64,000 bases of DNA from NCBI GenBank assembly GCA_963717745.1, contig CAVQXJ010000011.1, positions 127,942 through 191,941 on the forward strand, written 5' to 3'. The notes under the pieces are model-generated. The model did no database searches. It saw only the letters and a list, made by a program, of their open reading frames with translations, and was not told the DNA's origin. Both the position numbers and the translations under genes were made by a program. Position 1 is the first letter of the stretch. Each line of letters begins with the position of its first letter. Positions 28,897 to 38,813 of the stretch are shown piece after piece. This DNA comes from an uncultured Acidobacteriota bacterium (lineage in GTDB: Bacteria; Acidobacteriota; Vicinamibacteria; Vicinamibacterales; 2-12-FULL-66-21).

Positions 28897-30463
28897 ACCG
28901 CGCGATTTTCACGCCGGACGCCACGCCGGCGTCCTGGTGCCGCTCTTCTCGATCCCGTCGCGCGCGAGCTGGGGTGTCGGGGAGATCGCCGATCTGCCGC
29001 GGTTCGCGGACTGGCTGCGCGCCGCCGGGCTCGACTTCGTGCAGCTCCTGCCGACCAACGAAATGCAGGAAGGCCAGTATTCGCCGTATTCGGCGCTGAG
29101 CGCGATGGCGATCGATCCCGTCTTCCTCGCGCTCAACGAGGTCCCCGAATTCCACGACGCGGGCGGCGAGGCGTCTCTCGACCGTCCCGATCGCGCGCGC
29201 CTGGACCAGGTGCGCGCCGGGACCACCGTCGACTTCCGGACGGTGCGGGCGCTGAAGAGCCTGGCGTTGCACACCGCTTTCCATGTCTTCCGCGATCGCC
29301 ATCACGGATCGGATTCGGATCGGTCGCGCGCGTTTCGCGCCTTTCGCGAGCGCGAGGCCTGGTGGCTCGAGGACTACGCGCTGTTCAGGGCGCTGCACGA
29401 CGAGCACCGGGCCGCTTACTGGCGGGACTGGGAACCGGATCTGCGGGATCGGAACCTGGCGGCGCTCGAGCACGCGCGCCAGCGGCTGGCCGACAGCATC
29501 CTCTACTACCAGTACCTGCAGTGGCTGGCCGACGACCAGTGGCGCCGCGTTCGCACCGCATGCGGCGACGTCGGGCTGTTCGGCGATTTCCCCTTCATGG
29601 TCAGCGGCCACAGTGCCGACGTCTGGGCGAGGCAGGACGAATTCCGTCTCGACGCCTCGGTCGGCACGCCGCCGGACGCGTTCTCGGAAACCGGACAGGA
29701 CTGGGGCCTTCCCGTCTATCGCTGGGATCGCGTGGCAGAAACCGGCGACGAATGGCTCCGGCAGCGGGCCCGGCGCTGCAGCGAGCTCTACAACGGGTTC
29801 CGCGTCGACCACTTGATCGGCTTCTACCGCACGTTCGTGCGCGAGCGCGACGGCCGCAGCTACTTCACCCCGCCCGACCAGCCCTCGCAGATCGCGCAGG
29901 GGGAGCGCATCATGCGGCTCTTCAAGGAATCGGGGGCCCGCATCATCGCCGAGGACCTCGGCATCGTCCCCGACGTCGTCCGCGAGTCGCTGATGCGGCT
30001 GCACATTCCGGGGCTCAAGGTGCTGCGATGGGAGCGGCACTGGCACAGCCCGCGCCAACCGTTCCGCGATCCGGAGCATTACGCCGCCGAGTCGGTGGCG
30101 ATCAGCGGCACGCACGATACCGATACCCTGGCGGAATGGTGGGACGGTGCGAGCCGGGAGGAACGTCACCTGTGCGCCGACATTCCGGGATTGCGCGACG
30201 CCGGCTGCGATCCCGACGCGCCCTTCAATCCCCGGATCCGCGACGCGCTCTTGCGGGCGCTGTTCAGCGCCGGCTCCGCGTTCGTGATCGTGCCGTTCCA
30301 GGATCTCTTCGGATGGCGCGACCGGGTCAACGTGCCGGCGGTCGTCAACGACGAAAACTGGACCTGGCGATTGCCCTGGGCGATTGACGAGCTCGACGTC
30401 CTCCCTGAAGCTCGTGAGCGCGCCGGATTCCTGCGCGCGCTGGCGAAGGAGTGCGGGCGCTAG
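28889..30463 (+). CDS. malQ: 4-alpha-glucanotransferase (amylomaltase, GH77)
   Basis: GVLVPLFS, SPYSALS, GTPPDAFSETGQDWGLP, RVDHLIG, AEDLG, GTHDTDT, NWTWRLP. Confidence 0.92.
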   Translation: MPEPRDFHAGRHAGVLVPLFSIPSRASWGVGEIADLPRFADWLRAAGLDFVQLLPTNEMQEGQYSPYSALSAMAIDPVFLALNEVPEFHDAGGEASLDRPDRARLDQVRAGTTVDFRTVRALKSLALHTAFHVFRDRHHGSDSDRSRAFRAFREREAWWLEDYALFRALHDEHRAAYWRDWEPDLRDRNLAALEHARQRLADSILYYQYLQWLADDQWRRVRTACGDVGLFGDFPFMVSGHSADVWARQDEFRLDASVGTPPDAFSETGQDWGLPVYRWDRVAETGDEWLRQRARRCSELYNGFRVDHLIGFYRTFVRERDGRSYFTPPDQPSQIAQGERIMRLFKESGARIIAEDLGIVPDVVRESLMRLHIPGLKVLRWERHWHSPRQPFRDPEHYAAESVAISGTHDTDTLAEWWDGASREERHLCADIPGLRDAGCDPDAPFNPRIRDALLRALFSAGSAFVIVPFQDLFGWRDRVNVPAVVNDENWTWRLPWAIDELDVLPEARERAGFLRALAKECGR

Positions 30464-30652
30464 ATCAAATCCCAAGCTCCAAATCCCAAATCCCAACCAC
30501 TCCCAAATCCCAACTTCCAAATCTCACCGTCAACTTCCAACCGCCAACTCCCGAGCGAAATCGAAACTCCTGTTTGGGATCTGGGGTTCGGGGTGTTGGG
30601 ATTTGGGAGTTGGGAGTGGTTGGGATTTGGAGCTTGGGATTTGGGAGTTGAT
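30464..30652. repeat. Family A palindrome, copy 4
   Basis: ATCAAATCCCAAGCTCC...AACCACTCCCAA / TTGGGAGTGGTTGGG...GAGTTGAT, immediately after TAG. Confidence 0.95.
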
Positions 30653-30665
30653 AAGATTCACTCCT

Positions 30666-31754
30666 ATGTCCCAAGCTCTCGCAAAGCACCCGCAGGCTGT
30701 CACTCTTGCCCAGGAACGCCTGGATGCGCACGTGCGCGAGATCGTGCGGTGGCACTTCGATCCGGCCACCGGCTGTCCGTTCTGGCTGGAGCGGGCGCGC
30801 GGGTTCGACTTCGATCCGCTGACCGAGGTCCAGAGCTACCGCGACCTCGACAAGTTCGGACCGTTCGAGGACGAATGGCTGCGCGGCGGACCGGTGCGGC
30901 GGTGGGTGCCCAAGGCCTACGCCGACAAGGCGATCCACGTGTTCGAGACCGGCGGCAGCACCGGGGTGCCGAAGTCGCGCATCGCGCACGAGGACTTTCG
31001 AATCGACTACTCGAACTTCAGCGAGACCCTCCCGGACGACGCGTTTCCGAAGGGGTCGGACTGGCTGATGGTCGGACCGAGCGGTCCGCGCCGGCTGCGG
31101 CTCGCGATCGAGCACCTCGCGCAGCATCGCGGCGGCATCTGCTTCATGGTCGATCTCGATCCGCGCTGGGTGATCAAGCTGATCAAGAACCGGCAGATGG
31201 ATCAGATGGAGGCCTACAAGCGGCACGTCATCGATCAGGCGCTGACGCTGTTGCGCGCGCACGACAACATCAAGTGCCTGTTCACCACGCCGAAGCTGCT
31301 CGAGGCGCTCTGCGAGAAGGTGTCGCTCAAGAAGATGGGCATCCGCGGCGTGTTCTGCGGCGGCACCGAGATGACCCCGCAGTTCCACCGGTTCGCGGTC
31401 GAGGAGCTGCTCGACGGCATCTACTTCGCGCCGACCTACGGCAACACGCTGATGGGGCTGGCGACGCACAAGCCGCCGGAACCGCAGGACAACTACGCGG
31501 TCATCTACTACCCGCCGAACCCGCGCGCGATGATCGAGGTCGTCGATCCCGATCAGCCCGATCGGATCGTCGACTACGGCGCCACGGGGCGGGTCCGGCT
31601 GACCACGCTGACCAGGGAATTCTTCATGCCGCGGTTCCTGGAACGAGACGAGGCGGAGCGTGAACCGCCGTGCCGGCAGTACCCGTGGGACGGCGTGCGG
31701 AACGTGCGGCCCTTCTCGCGCTTCGGCACCACCGTCGTCGAAGGCGTCTACTGA
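30666..31754 (+). CDS. Atypical adenylate-forming enzyme (EhpF/LuxE/PaaK-like)
   Basis: ETGGSTGVPK P-loop, GGT, YGNT, IEVVDP...GATGRV, ERD; short, lacking the usual ANL C-terminal domain. Confidence 0.7.
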   Translation: MSQALAKHPQAVTLAQERLDAHVREIVRWHFDPATGCPFWLERARGFDFDPLTEVQSYRDLDKFGPFEDEWLRGGPVRRWVPKAYADKAIHVFETGGSTGVPKSRIAHEDFRIDYSNFSETLPDDAFPKGSDWLMVGPSGPRRLRLAIEHLAQHRGGICFMVDLDPRWVIKLIKNRQMDQMEAYKRHVIDQALTLLRAHDNIKCLFTTPKLLEALCEKVSLKKMGIRGVFCGGTEMTPQFHRFAVEELLDGIYFAPTYGNTLMGLATHKPPEPQDNYAVIYYPPNPRAMIEVVDPDQPDRIVDYGATGRVRLTTLTREFFMPRFLERDEAEREPPCRQYPWDGVRNVRPFSRFGTTVVEGVY

Positions 31755-31872
31755 CCAGCCGGGTCCCGTGCCTCACTCCGGCGGCTTCGTCGCGGCGATC
31801 CGCGCGGCCCATGTTCGCTGGCGGACAGGTCGTGACCGGTGATGGGACGATGTCGAGCCAACGAATCGCTCT

Positions 31873-31994
31873 GTGGCTTCCGGCTTTAGCCGGAAGGTGG
31901 CGGCGGCCGGCGTGAACGTCCGGCTGCCCAGCCTTCCGCTAAAGCTACGGCGGGTCCACCGTAGCCTTGGCGAAGGTGGAAAGCCGGAAGCCAC
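31873..31994. repeat. REP-like pair (GTGGCTTCCGGCTTTAGCCGGAAG) with a nested CCACCGTAGCCTTGGCGAAGGTGG unit
   Basis: Left hairpin intact; right copy CTTCCG..CTAAAG|insert|AAAGCCGGAAGCCAC. Confidence 0.75.
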
Positions 31995-32069
31995 ACTGCC
32001 GATGGGTCAAAGACCTAATTCCGCGGGTTGGCATCGCCGTTGAAAAGGTGAGAAGGATGAGACTCACCG

Positions 32070-34523
32070 ATGTTCTCTGATTTTCGTCACGCCGTCCGGC
32101 GGCTGCGCCAGGCGCCCGTCTTCACGCTCACCGCGGTTCTGACGCTGGCGCTCGGGATTGGCAGCACCGTCGCCGTCTTCACGTTCGTCGACGCGGTGAT
32201 CTTCCGTCCGCTGCCCTTCGAGCAGCCCGAGCGTCTGGTCTCGCTGTCCGAGAGCCACGCGGCCACCGCCCAGGACCGTATTGGTGTGCTGCCCGGCACG
32301 TTCCTCGACTGGCGACGTCACGGCACGAGCCTCGAGACGATGGCGATGGTCGCCCCGGCGAGCTTTCTGGTCACCAGCCGCGACGAGCCCGCGCGCGTGG
32401 CGGGCGCCACGGTTTCCCCCGCGTTCTTCGACACCCTCGGGGTGCAGCCGGCGCTCGGACGGACATTTCCCAGCGCGGACGCACCGTTTGCCGGCCACGA
32501 GCGCGAGATCCTGATCGGTCACGGCATGTGGCTGCGTTGGTTCGGCGGTGATCCTGGCGTGCTCGGCCGCACGATCGTAGTGCAGGGCGCCGTGCCGCTC
32601 ACCATCGTCGGCGTGATGCCGGCGACGTTCGACTTTCCACGCGGCACCGAAATCTGGGGGGGGCAGGTGTGGGATCCGGCCTGGGGACGGGGTGAGCGTT
32701 CGCGCCAGGGGATTGCGCGGCTGAACCAGGGGGTCAGCGTATCGGCCGCGCAGGCGGAGCTGAACGCCATCTCGGAGCAGCTGGGCCGTGCGTTTCCCGT
32801 GACCAATGGCGGCTGGACCCCGCGTGTCGATCCCCTGGCCTCGTTCGTCGTGGGGCCCGCCCGGCCGCCGCTGGCGACCATGCTCGTGGCGGTCGCTCTC
32901 GTCTTTCTGATCGCCTCGGTCAACGTCGCGACGCTGATGATGCAGCGCGGCATCGGGCGGCGCCGCGAGCTCGCCGTGCGTACGGCCATCGGCGCCACCC
33001 GCTGGAGGCTCACGCGGCAGGACCTCGTCGAGCACGCGGTGCTGGCCGGTCTCGGTGCCGGAGCGGGCGCCATCCTTGCGATGTTCCTGGTCGACGGTCT
33101 CGTCGCGCTCGCCCCGCCGGCGATCCCCCGGCTCGACACCGTCCGTGTCGACTGGTCCATGCTCGGCTATCTTGCAGGGCTGGCGGCTGTCGTGGTGGCG
33201 ATCACCAGCGTCATGCCGGCGCGGCAGGCCTCCCGCATCGACGCGACGGGGGTGCTACGCAGCGGGCCGGGAGGATCGCGCCGCGGGTCGGCCGGCAACG
33301 GGCTGATCGTCGCCGAGCTCGCGCTCGCCGTGGTGCTGGTCGTCGGGGCGGGGCTGATGATCCGCACGATGATCAACCTGCAACGGACGGACCTCGGCTT
33401 CCAGCCGGCCGGTATCACGGCCACCGAGTTGATCGTGCCGATGGCCCGGGTGATGGACGGCCCGATGGAAGTGGGGAAGCGCCCGGCGTGGGACCGGCTG
33501 GCCCTCCTCTATGGCGGACTCGTCGAGCGGGTGGAGCAACTCCCGAACGTGACGGGCGCCGCCCTGGTGTCGGCGCCGGCCCTCGGCGACCGTGACTCCG
33601 CATGGCTGGCCAGGCCCGGCATCGGAGAGCCGAGATCGGATGGCTCGCCGGAGTGGCGACCGGTGCAGCGTCGGGTCATCACGCCAGGCTACTTCTCCGT
33701 CCTGCAGCTGCCGCTCGCCGGCGGGCGACCGTTCACCGCGGAGGACCATGCGCTCGAGTTCCTCCGATCCGGCCGCGGCCGCCGCCGGGGTGTCGTCATC
33801 GTCAACCAGGAGGCGGCGCGGCGCCTCTGGCCGGGCGGCGAGCCGATCGGGCGCACGCTGACCATCGATGGCGATTCGCGCGTGGACGGGCGGCTGGTCG
33901 TGGGGCTGGCGCGCGACGCGCGCGACCTCGCGCCCGATGTGCCACCGCCGCCAATCTTGTACGTGCCGTTCGCCGAGAGCCCCGGCTTGTCGGCGACGCT
34001 GCTCGTGCGCGCCGCGGACGGCGCACCAGTTGCCGCTGCGATCCGCCAGCGGCTGCGCGACGCGGAATCGGCGCTCATGATCGGCAACAGCCGAAAGTTG
34101 GGTGACGTCTATGCCGCGGCGCTCGCGCCTCGCCACTTCATTGCCGTCGTGCTGGCGGCGTTCGCCGTCGCGGGACTCCTGGTCGCCGGCATCGGCCTCT
34201 ACGGCGTCGTCGCGATGTCGGTTGCGGCACGCACCCGGGAGCTGGCGATTCGAATCGCGCTCGGAGCGAGCGGCGGCGGAATCCGCCGGCTCGTCCTGCG
34301 CGAAGCAGGAGTCATCGTCGCGATCGGTACCGCGCTCGGCGCGGTGGGCGCTGCAGCAGGCACAAGCCTGCTGCGCAATCAGCTCGTCGGCGTGAGCTCG
34401 ACCGACACGCAGACGTGGGTGGCGATGGTCGTGATTCTGGCAGCCGCCGGCCTGACGGCCGCCTGGCTGCCCGCCCGCCGCGCCGGCCGGGTGGATCCGA
34501 TCGAAGCGCTGCGTCAGGAGTAG
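32070..34523 (+). CDS. ADOP-family duplicated ABC permease (MacB/FtsX-like)
   Basis: DFRHAVRRL..LTLALGIG, RRRELAVRTAIGA, LYGVVAMSV..RTRELAIRIALGA, PARRAGRVDP. Confidence 0.92.
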   Translation: MFSDFRHAVRRLRQAPVFTLTAVLTLALGIGSTVAVFTFVDAVIFRPLPFEQPERLVSLSESHAATAQDRIGVLPGTFLDWRRHGTSLETMAMVAPASFLVTSRDEPARVAGATVSPAFFDTLGVQPALGRTFPSADAPFAGHEREILIGHGMWLRWFGGDPGVLGRTIVVQGAVPLTIVGVMPATFDFPRGTEIWGGQVWDPAWGRGERSRQGIARLNQGVSVSAAQAELNAISEQLGRAFPVTNGGWTPRVDPLASFVVGPARPPLATMLVAVALVFLIASVNVATLMMQRGIGRRRELAVRTAIGATRWRLTRQDLVEHAVLAGLGAGAGAILAMFLVDGLVALAPPAIPRLDTVRVDWSMLGYLAGLAAVVVAITSVMPARQASRIDATGVLRSGPGGSRRGSAGNGLIVAELALAVVLVVGAGLMIRTMINLQRTDLGFQPAGITATELIVPMARVMDGPMEVGKRPAWDRLALLYGGLVERVEQLPNVTGAALVSAPALGDRDSAWLARPGIGEPRSDGSPEWRPVQRRVITPGYFSVLQLPLAGGRPFTAEDHALEFLRSGRGRRRGVVIVNQEAARRLWPGGEPIGRTLTIDGDSRVDGRLVVGLARDARDLAPDVPPPPILYVPFAESPGLSATLLVRAADGAPVAAAIRQRLRDAESALMIGNSRKLGDVYAAALAPRHFIAVVLAAFAVAGLLVAGIGLYGVVAMSVAARTRELAIRIALGASGGGIRRLVLREAGVIVAIGTALGAVGAAAGTSLLRNQLVGVSSTDTQTWVAMVVILAAAGLTAAWLPARRAGRVDPIEALRQE

Positions 34524-34527
34524 TGGT

Positions 34528-35859
34528 GTGAAGAGATTCGCCCTGGCGTTGGTGAGTGCCGTCGCGTCTGTCGCCGTCACGCAGGCGCAGTGGCCGCAGT
34601 GGCGTGGACCCGACCGCACCGGCCTCGTGCCTGCCGCTGCGGTGCCGGCGGCGTGGCCCGACAAGCCGACCGTGAAGTGGACGCAGCCGGTCGGCGAAGG
34701 CTATTCGTCGCCGGTCGTCGCCGACCAGCGGGTGTTCGTGCACAGCCGCACCGATCCGGACGAGGTCGTCAGCGCGTTCGAGCTCGACTCCGGCGAACCG
34801 ATCTGGTCGGCCACCTACGGGTCGTCGTTCACCAAGAACAAGTACGCCGCCGCGATGGCGAAGGGGCCGTTCTCGACCCCGCTGGTGGCGAACGGCCGCC
34901 TGTTCACACTCGGGACCAGCGCCGTGCTGTCGTCGTTCGATGCCGCGACCGGCGCCGTGAAGTGGCGCAAGGACTGGTCGAAGGAGATCGACACGTCCGG
35001 GCTGTTCACCGGCACCGCGATGTCGCCGATCATCGACAGCGGCCTGCTCATCGTGCACGTCGGCGATGATGGTGCCGGCGCGATGCGCGCGCTCGATCCG
35101 GCGACCGGCGACGAGAAGTGGACGCTCCCTGGACATGGACCAGGCTACGCCTCACCGATCGTGACGACGTTTGGCGGCGTCCGCCAGCTGGTGACGATGA
35201 CCGACAAGGCGGTGGTGGGGATCGAGGTGCAGTCCGGCAAGGCGCTTTGGACGATTCCGTTCCCTGACCTGTGGAACGAAAACATCGTCACCCCGGTGGT
35301 GGCCGGCGACATCCTGATCGTGTCCGGCGCGCGCAAGGGGACCTATGGCTATCGACTGGAAAAGACCGGCGCCGGGTTCGCGGCGGCCGAGGTCTGGCAC
35401 AACACCGATCTGCCCATGCATATGAGCTCTCCGGTCGTCGACGGCACGGTCGTCTACGGCTTCGGCAGCAGGCGCAAAGGCCAGTTGTTCTGCCTCGACG
35501 CGAGGACCGGGGTCGCGAAATGGACGACCGAGGGACGGGGTGGCACGAACGCATCGATCCAGATGGCGGGTCCAAACCTCGTGGTGCTGACCACTGACGG
35601 CGAGCTGCTGGTGGTGCGGCGGTCGCCGGACAAATACGAGGAGCTGAAGCGCTACAAAGTGGCGGAGTCGGAGACCTGGGCGCAGCCGGTGCTGGTGCCG
35701 GGAGGAATGCTGATCCGGGATGCGGGGGGGATCGCGTTGTGGTCTCTGTCAAATCCCAAATCCCAAGCTCCAAATCCCAACCACGCCCAAATCCCAAGCT
35801 CCAAGGAATCCCAAATCCCGAATCCCAAATTCCATTCCCAAATCCCAACGCCCCATTGA
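34528..35859 (+). CDS. PQQ-like (BamB-type) beta-propeller protein; last about 36 aa derive from a palindrome
   Basis: Signal peptide, WPQWRGP, GYSSPVV, ALD..TG..KW repeats, TWAQPV; tail [12 protein letters not shown] is translated repeat. Confidence 0.85.
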   Translation: MKRFALALVSAVASVAVTQAQWPQWRGPDRTGLVPAAAVPAAWPDKPTVKWTQPVGEGYSSPVVADQRVFVHSRTDPDEVVSAFELDSGEPIWSATYGSSFTKNKYAAAMAKGPFSTPLVANGRLFTLGTSAVLSSFDAATGAVKWRKDWSKEIDTSGLFTGTAMSPIIDSGLLIVHVGDDGAGAMRALDPATGDEKWTLPGHGPGYASPIVTTFGGVRQLVTMTDKAVVGIEVQSGKALWTIPFPDLWNENIVTPVVAGDILIVSGARKGTYGYRLEKTGAGFAAAEVWHNTDLPMHMSSPVVDGTVVYGFGSRRKGQLFCLDARTGVAKWTTEGRGGTNASIQMAGPNLVVLTTDGELLVVRRSPDKYEELKRYKVAESETWAQPVLVPGGMLIRDAGGIALWSLSNPKSQAPNPNHAQIPSSKESQIPNPKFHSQIPTPH

Positions 35860-35935
35860 GCCCGGTTTGGAGGGTGATTGGGATTTGGGCGTTGGGAGTG
35901 GTTGGGATTTGGAGCTTGGGATTTGGGATTTGACA
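35747..35935. repeat. Family A palindrome, copy 5
   Basis: Perfect arms of about 38 bp, TGTCAAATCCCAAATCCCAAGCTCCAAATCCCAACCAC. Confidence 0.95.
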
Positions 35936-35951
35936 CCAGGTACACTGAGCC

Positions 35952-37427
35952 ATGCTCCACCTTCCAATTCTCCGTCAGGGCATTCCCTACAAGAGCCTGG
36001 ATATCGTGAGAGTGCCGCACTATCAGACGCGGGAGCCATTCGTCGAAATCAGTCAGGCGAACGCCGGGCTGATCCGGCGCGATCTGCGGCCGGAGCGGCA
36101 GGCGGCGGCGCGCCAGGCGCTGGCGCGGCTGCCGTTCGCGCGGCTGATCGCGATGTGCAGCGAGGCGGCGGATCACTTCCTGAACGACAGCCTGCCGCTC
36201 GGCGACGGCGAACAGTCGCCGGTCGACTACGTGCTGCAGCTGTCGGCGACGACCGGGATGCCGCACGCGCTGGTCCGGCGCAACATGCAGCGGGTCGCCG
36301 GCGTGATGCGGCAGATGAACACGGTGCTGGGCGGCCTGACCCGCGGGCTGGATCTCTCCGTTCTCGACACCGGCCACGGCGAGCACGATGGCCACGTCCT
36401 GAGCTTCTATCCGCGGACCGACGCAATGGGCGTGGTGCTGCCGAGCAATTCGCCGGGCGTGCACTCGCTCTGGGTGCCGGCGATCGCCTTGAAGATTCCG
36501 CTGGTCCTGAAGCCGGGCAGCGCCGAGCCGTGGACGCCATTCCGGATTGCGCAGGCATTCATGAAGGCCGGATGCCCGCCGGAGGCGTTCAGCTATTACC
36601 CCGCGGACCATGCCGGCGCCGGTGAGATTCTGCGCAGGACGGGCCGGAGCATGTTCTTCGGCGACGTCTCGGCGGTGGGCGGGTGGGAAGGGGACCCGCG
36701 GGTCGAGCTGCACGGACCCGGCTACAGCAAGATCCTGATTGGCGACGATCTGCTCGAAGGCGACGCCTGGAGGCAGCATCTCGATCTGATCGCGGGATCA
36801 ATCGCCGACAACGGCGGCCGGTCGTGCGTCAATGCCTCCGGAGTCTGGGTGGCCGCCTCGCATGCCGCACGGGTGGCCGATGCCATTGCGGCGAAGCTGG
36901 CGGCGATCGTCCCGCGTGCCGCCGACGACGAGGCGGCGACACTGGCGCCGTTCGCGGATCCCAAGGTCGCCGAGCGGATCTCCGGGCAGATCGACGCCGG
37001 GCTGTCGACCCCAGGGGCGCGCGAGGTCACGCTCGATCATCGACCCACCCCGCGGCTCGCCACGCTCGCTGGCAGCACCTATCTGCAGCCGACGCTGGTG
37101 CTGTGCGACTCGCCCGAGCATCCGCTGGCCAACCGTGAGTTCCTGTTCCCATTTGCGGCGGTGGTGGCGGTCAGCCCCGACGAGATGGCGCGGGTGCCGG
37201 CCGCGATGGGCAAGACGCTGGTCGTGACCGTGCTCTCCCGCGACCGCGGGCTGGTGAACCGCCTGCTCGGCTCGTCGCTGGTCGATCGCTTGAACGTCGG
37301 CGCGATCCAGACCAACCAGATCAGCTGGGATCAGCCGCACGAGGGCAACCTGTTCGAGCACCTATACGCCCGGCGATCGTTCCAGCAACACGCGGACGAG
37401 GCGCTCGCCGCGGCCGCCGACGCGTGA
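35952..37427 (+). CDS. Aldehyde dehydrogenase superfamily protein (acyl reductase-like)
   Basis: GVVLPSNSP, LVLKPG, HGPGYSK, GRSCVNAS (catalytic Cys), EFLFPF. Confidence 0.8.
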   Translation: MLHLPILRQGIPYKSLDIVRVPHYQTREPFVEISQANAGLIRRDLRPERQAAARQALARLPFARLIAMCSEAADHFLNDSLPLGDGEQSPVDYVLQLSATTGMPHALVRRNMQRVAGVMRQMNTVLGGLTRGLDLSVLDTGHGEHDGHVLSFYPRTDAMGVVLPSNSPGVHSLWVPAIALKIPLVLKPGSAEPWTPFRIAQAFMKAGCPPEAFSYYPADHAGAGEILRRTGRSMFFGDVSAVGGWEGDPRVELHGPGYSKILIGDDLLEGDAWRQHLDLIAGSIADNGGRSCVNASGVWVAASHAARVADAIAAKLAAIVPRAADDEAATLAPFADPKVAERISGQIDAGLSTPGAREVTLDHRPTPRLATLAGSTYLQPTLVLCDSPEHPLANREFLFPFAAVVAVSPDEMARVPAAMGKTLVVTVLSRDRGLVNRLLGSSLVDRLNVGAIQTNQISWDQPHEGNLFEHLYARRSFQQHADEALAAAADA

Positions 37428-38716
37428 GGATTCTGTCGTTCACGGGCGGCGCCGGAGCGATGTACTGCGGCAGTTGCCTGCGCGACAACGCGCTCGCCGC
37501 CGCGCTGCTCGCCCGCGGGCACGACGTGCTGCTCACGCCGGTCTACACTCCGACCCGCACCGACGAGCGCAACGTCAGCGGCGCCCAGGTGTTCTTCGGC
37601 GGAATCAGCGTTTTTCTCGAGCAGCAGGTGCCGCTGTTCCGGCACTCGCCGCGCGTCTTCGATCGGCTGTGGGATGCACCCTGGGTCATTCGGCTGGCGA
37701 CCAAGCGTCAGATCAAAGTCGATCCCGCCAGCCTCGGCGAGATGACCGTCTCCATGCTGCGCGGCGAGCAGGGGTTCCAGGCCAAGGAGATCTCCAAGCT
37801 GCTCGACTGGCTGCGCACCGAGCCGCGGTTCGACGTCGTCAACCTGCCCTATGCGCTGCTGATCGGACTGGCCGGGCCGCTCCGCCGCGAGCTGAAGGCG
37901 CCGATCTGTTGCACGCTGCAGGGAGAGAATCTGTTCCTCGACGGCCTCGGCGAGGCACACCGGCGGGAGTCGATGGCGCTGATTCGCGGCGCCGCGCAGC
38001 ACGTCGACCTGTTCCTTCCCGTGAGCGAGTACTACCGCGACTTCATGCCCGGCTATCTCGGGGTTCCGCGCGAGAAGATGCGGCTGGTGCCGCTCGGCAT
38101 CAACATGGAGGGACTCACTCCGCGGCCGGAACGCCGCGACGGCGCGTTCACGGTTGGCTATCTTGCGCGGATCGCGCCGGAGAAGGGCCTCCATCTCCTG
38201 TGCGAAGCCTACCGGGCGCTGCGCCAGCGCGAGCCCTCGGGCGCCTCGAGGCTGATAGCGGCGGGTTACCTTCCACCGGAACACCAGCCCTACCTCGACG
38301 AGATCCAGCGCAAGATGCGCGAATGGGGCCTCGGCCACGAGTTCGAGTACCGCGGCGAAGTCGATCGCGCGCAGAAGACCGCGTTCCTCCAGAGCGTGGA
38401 CGTCTTTTCGGTACCCGCGACCTACGACGAGCCGAAGGGCATGTTCCTGCTCGAGGCGCTGGCGAACGGCGTCCCGGTGGTGCAGCCGGAGCGCGGCGCG
38501 TTTCCCGAGATCGTGTCGAAGACCGGCGGCGGCCTGCTGGTGGCGGTCGACGACCCTGCTGCGCTCGCGGACGGCATTCTCACGTTGTGGCGAGATCCGG
38601 AGCGGGCGGCTGCGTTGGGCCGGGCCGGAGCGCGGGGCGTGCGGGAACACTACGACGTCGGCGTGATGGCCGAGGCGGCCGAGCAGGCTTACCGGTCCAC
38701 GATCGGAACACACTAG
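37424..38716 (+). CDS. Glycosyltransferase family 4
   Basis: GYLARIAPEKG, YDEPKGMFLLEALANGVPVV, GAFPE; N-terminal MYCGSCLRDN. Confidence 0.88.
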   Translation: MRILSFTGGAGAMYCGSCLRDNALAAALLARGHDVLLTPVYTPTRTDERNVSGAQVFFGGISVFLEQQVPLFRHSPRVFDRLWDAPWVIRLATKRQIKVDPASLGEMTVSMLRGEQGFQAKEISKLLDWLRTEPRFDVVNLPYALLIGLAGPLRRELKAPICCTLQGENLFLDGLGEAHRRESMALIRGAAQHVDLFLPVSEYYRDFMPGYLGVPREKMRLVPLGINMEGLTPRPERRDGAFTVGYLARIAPEKGLHLLCEAYRALRQREPSGASRLIAAGYLPPEHQPYLDEIQRKMREWGLGHEFEYRGEVDRAQKTAFLQSVDVFSVPATYDEPKGMFLLEALANGVPVVQPERGAFPEIVSKTGGGLLVAVDDPAALADGILTLWRDPERAAALGRAGARGVREHYDVGVMAEAAEQAYRSTIGTH

Positions 38717-38770
38717 CCCGCTGATGAAGAACCTCGTGTCAAGGGAGAAAGCAGAAGGGAACGGGAGACT
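38714..38770. repeat. Family D element (GCTGATGAA...GTCAAGGGAGAA, heptamer AAGGGAG)
   Basis: Aligns by eye with the reverse complement of 54796-54858 and with 53355-53408. Confidence 0.6.
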
Positions 38771-38813
38771 TGCCGGCGACATTGACTAGCACCGATCGGA
38801 TGCGCCCGGACCC

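Noticed and set aside
30666-37427. Bioluminescence (lux) or phenazine biosynthesis cluster
   Set aside because: Only adenylation- and ALDH-like genes are present; no luxAB/luxD or phz core genes in the window
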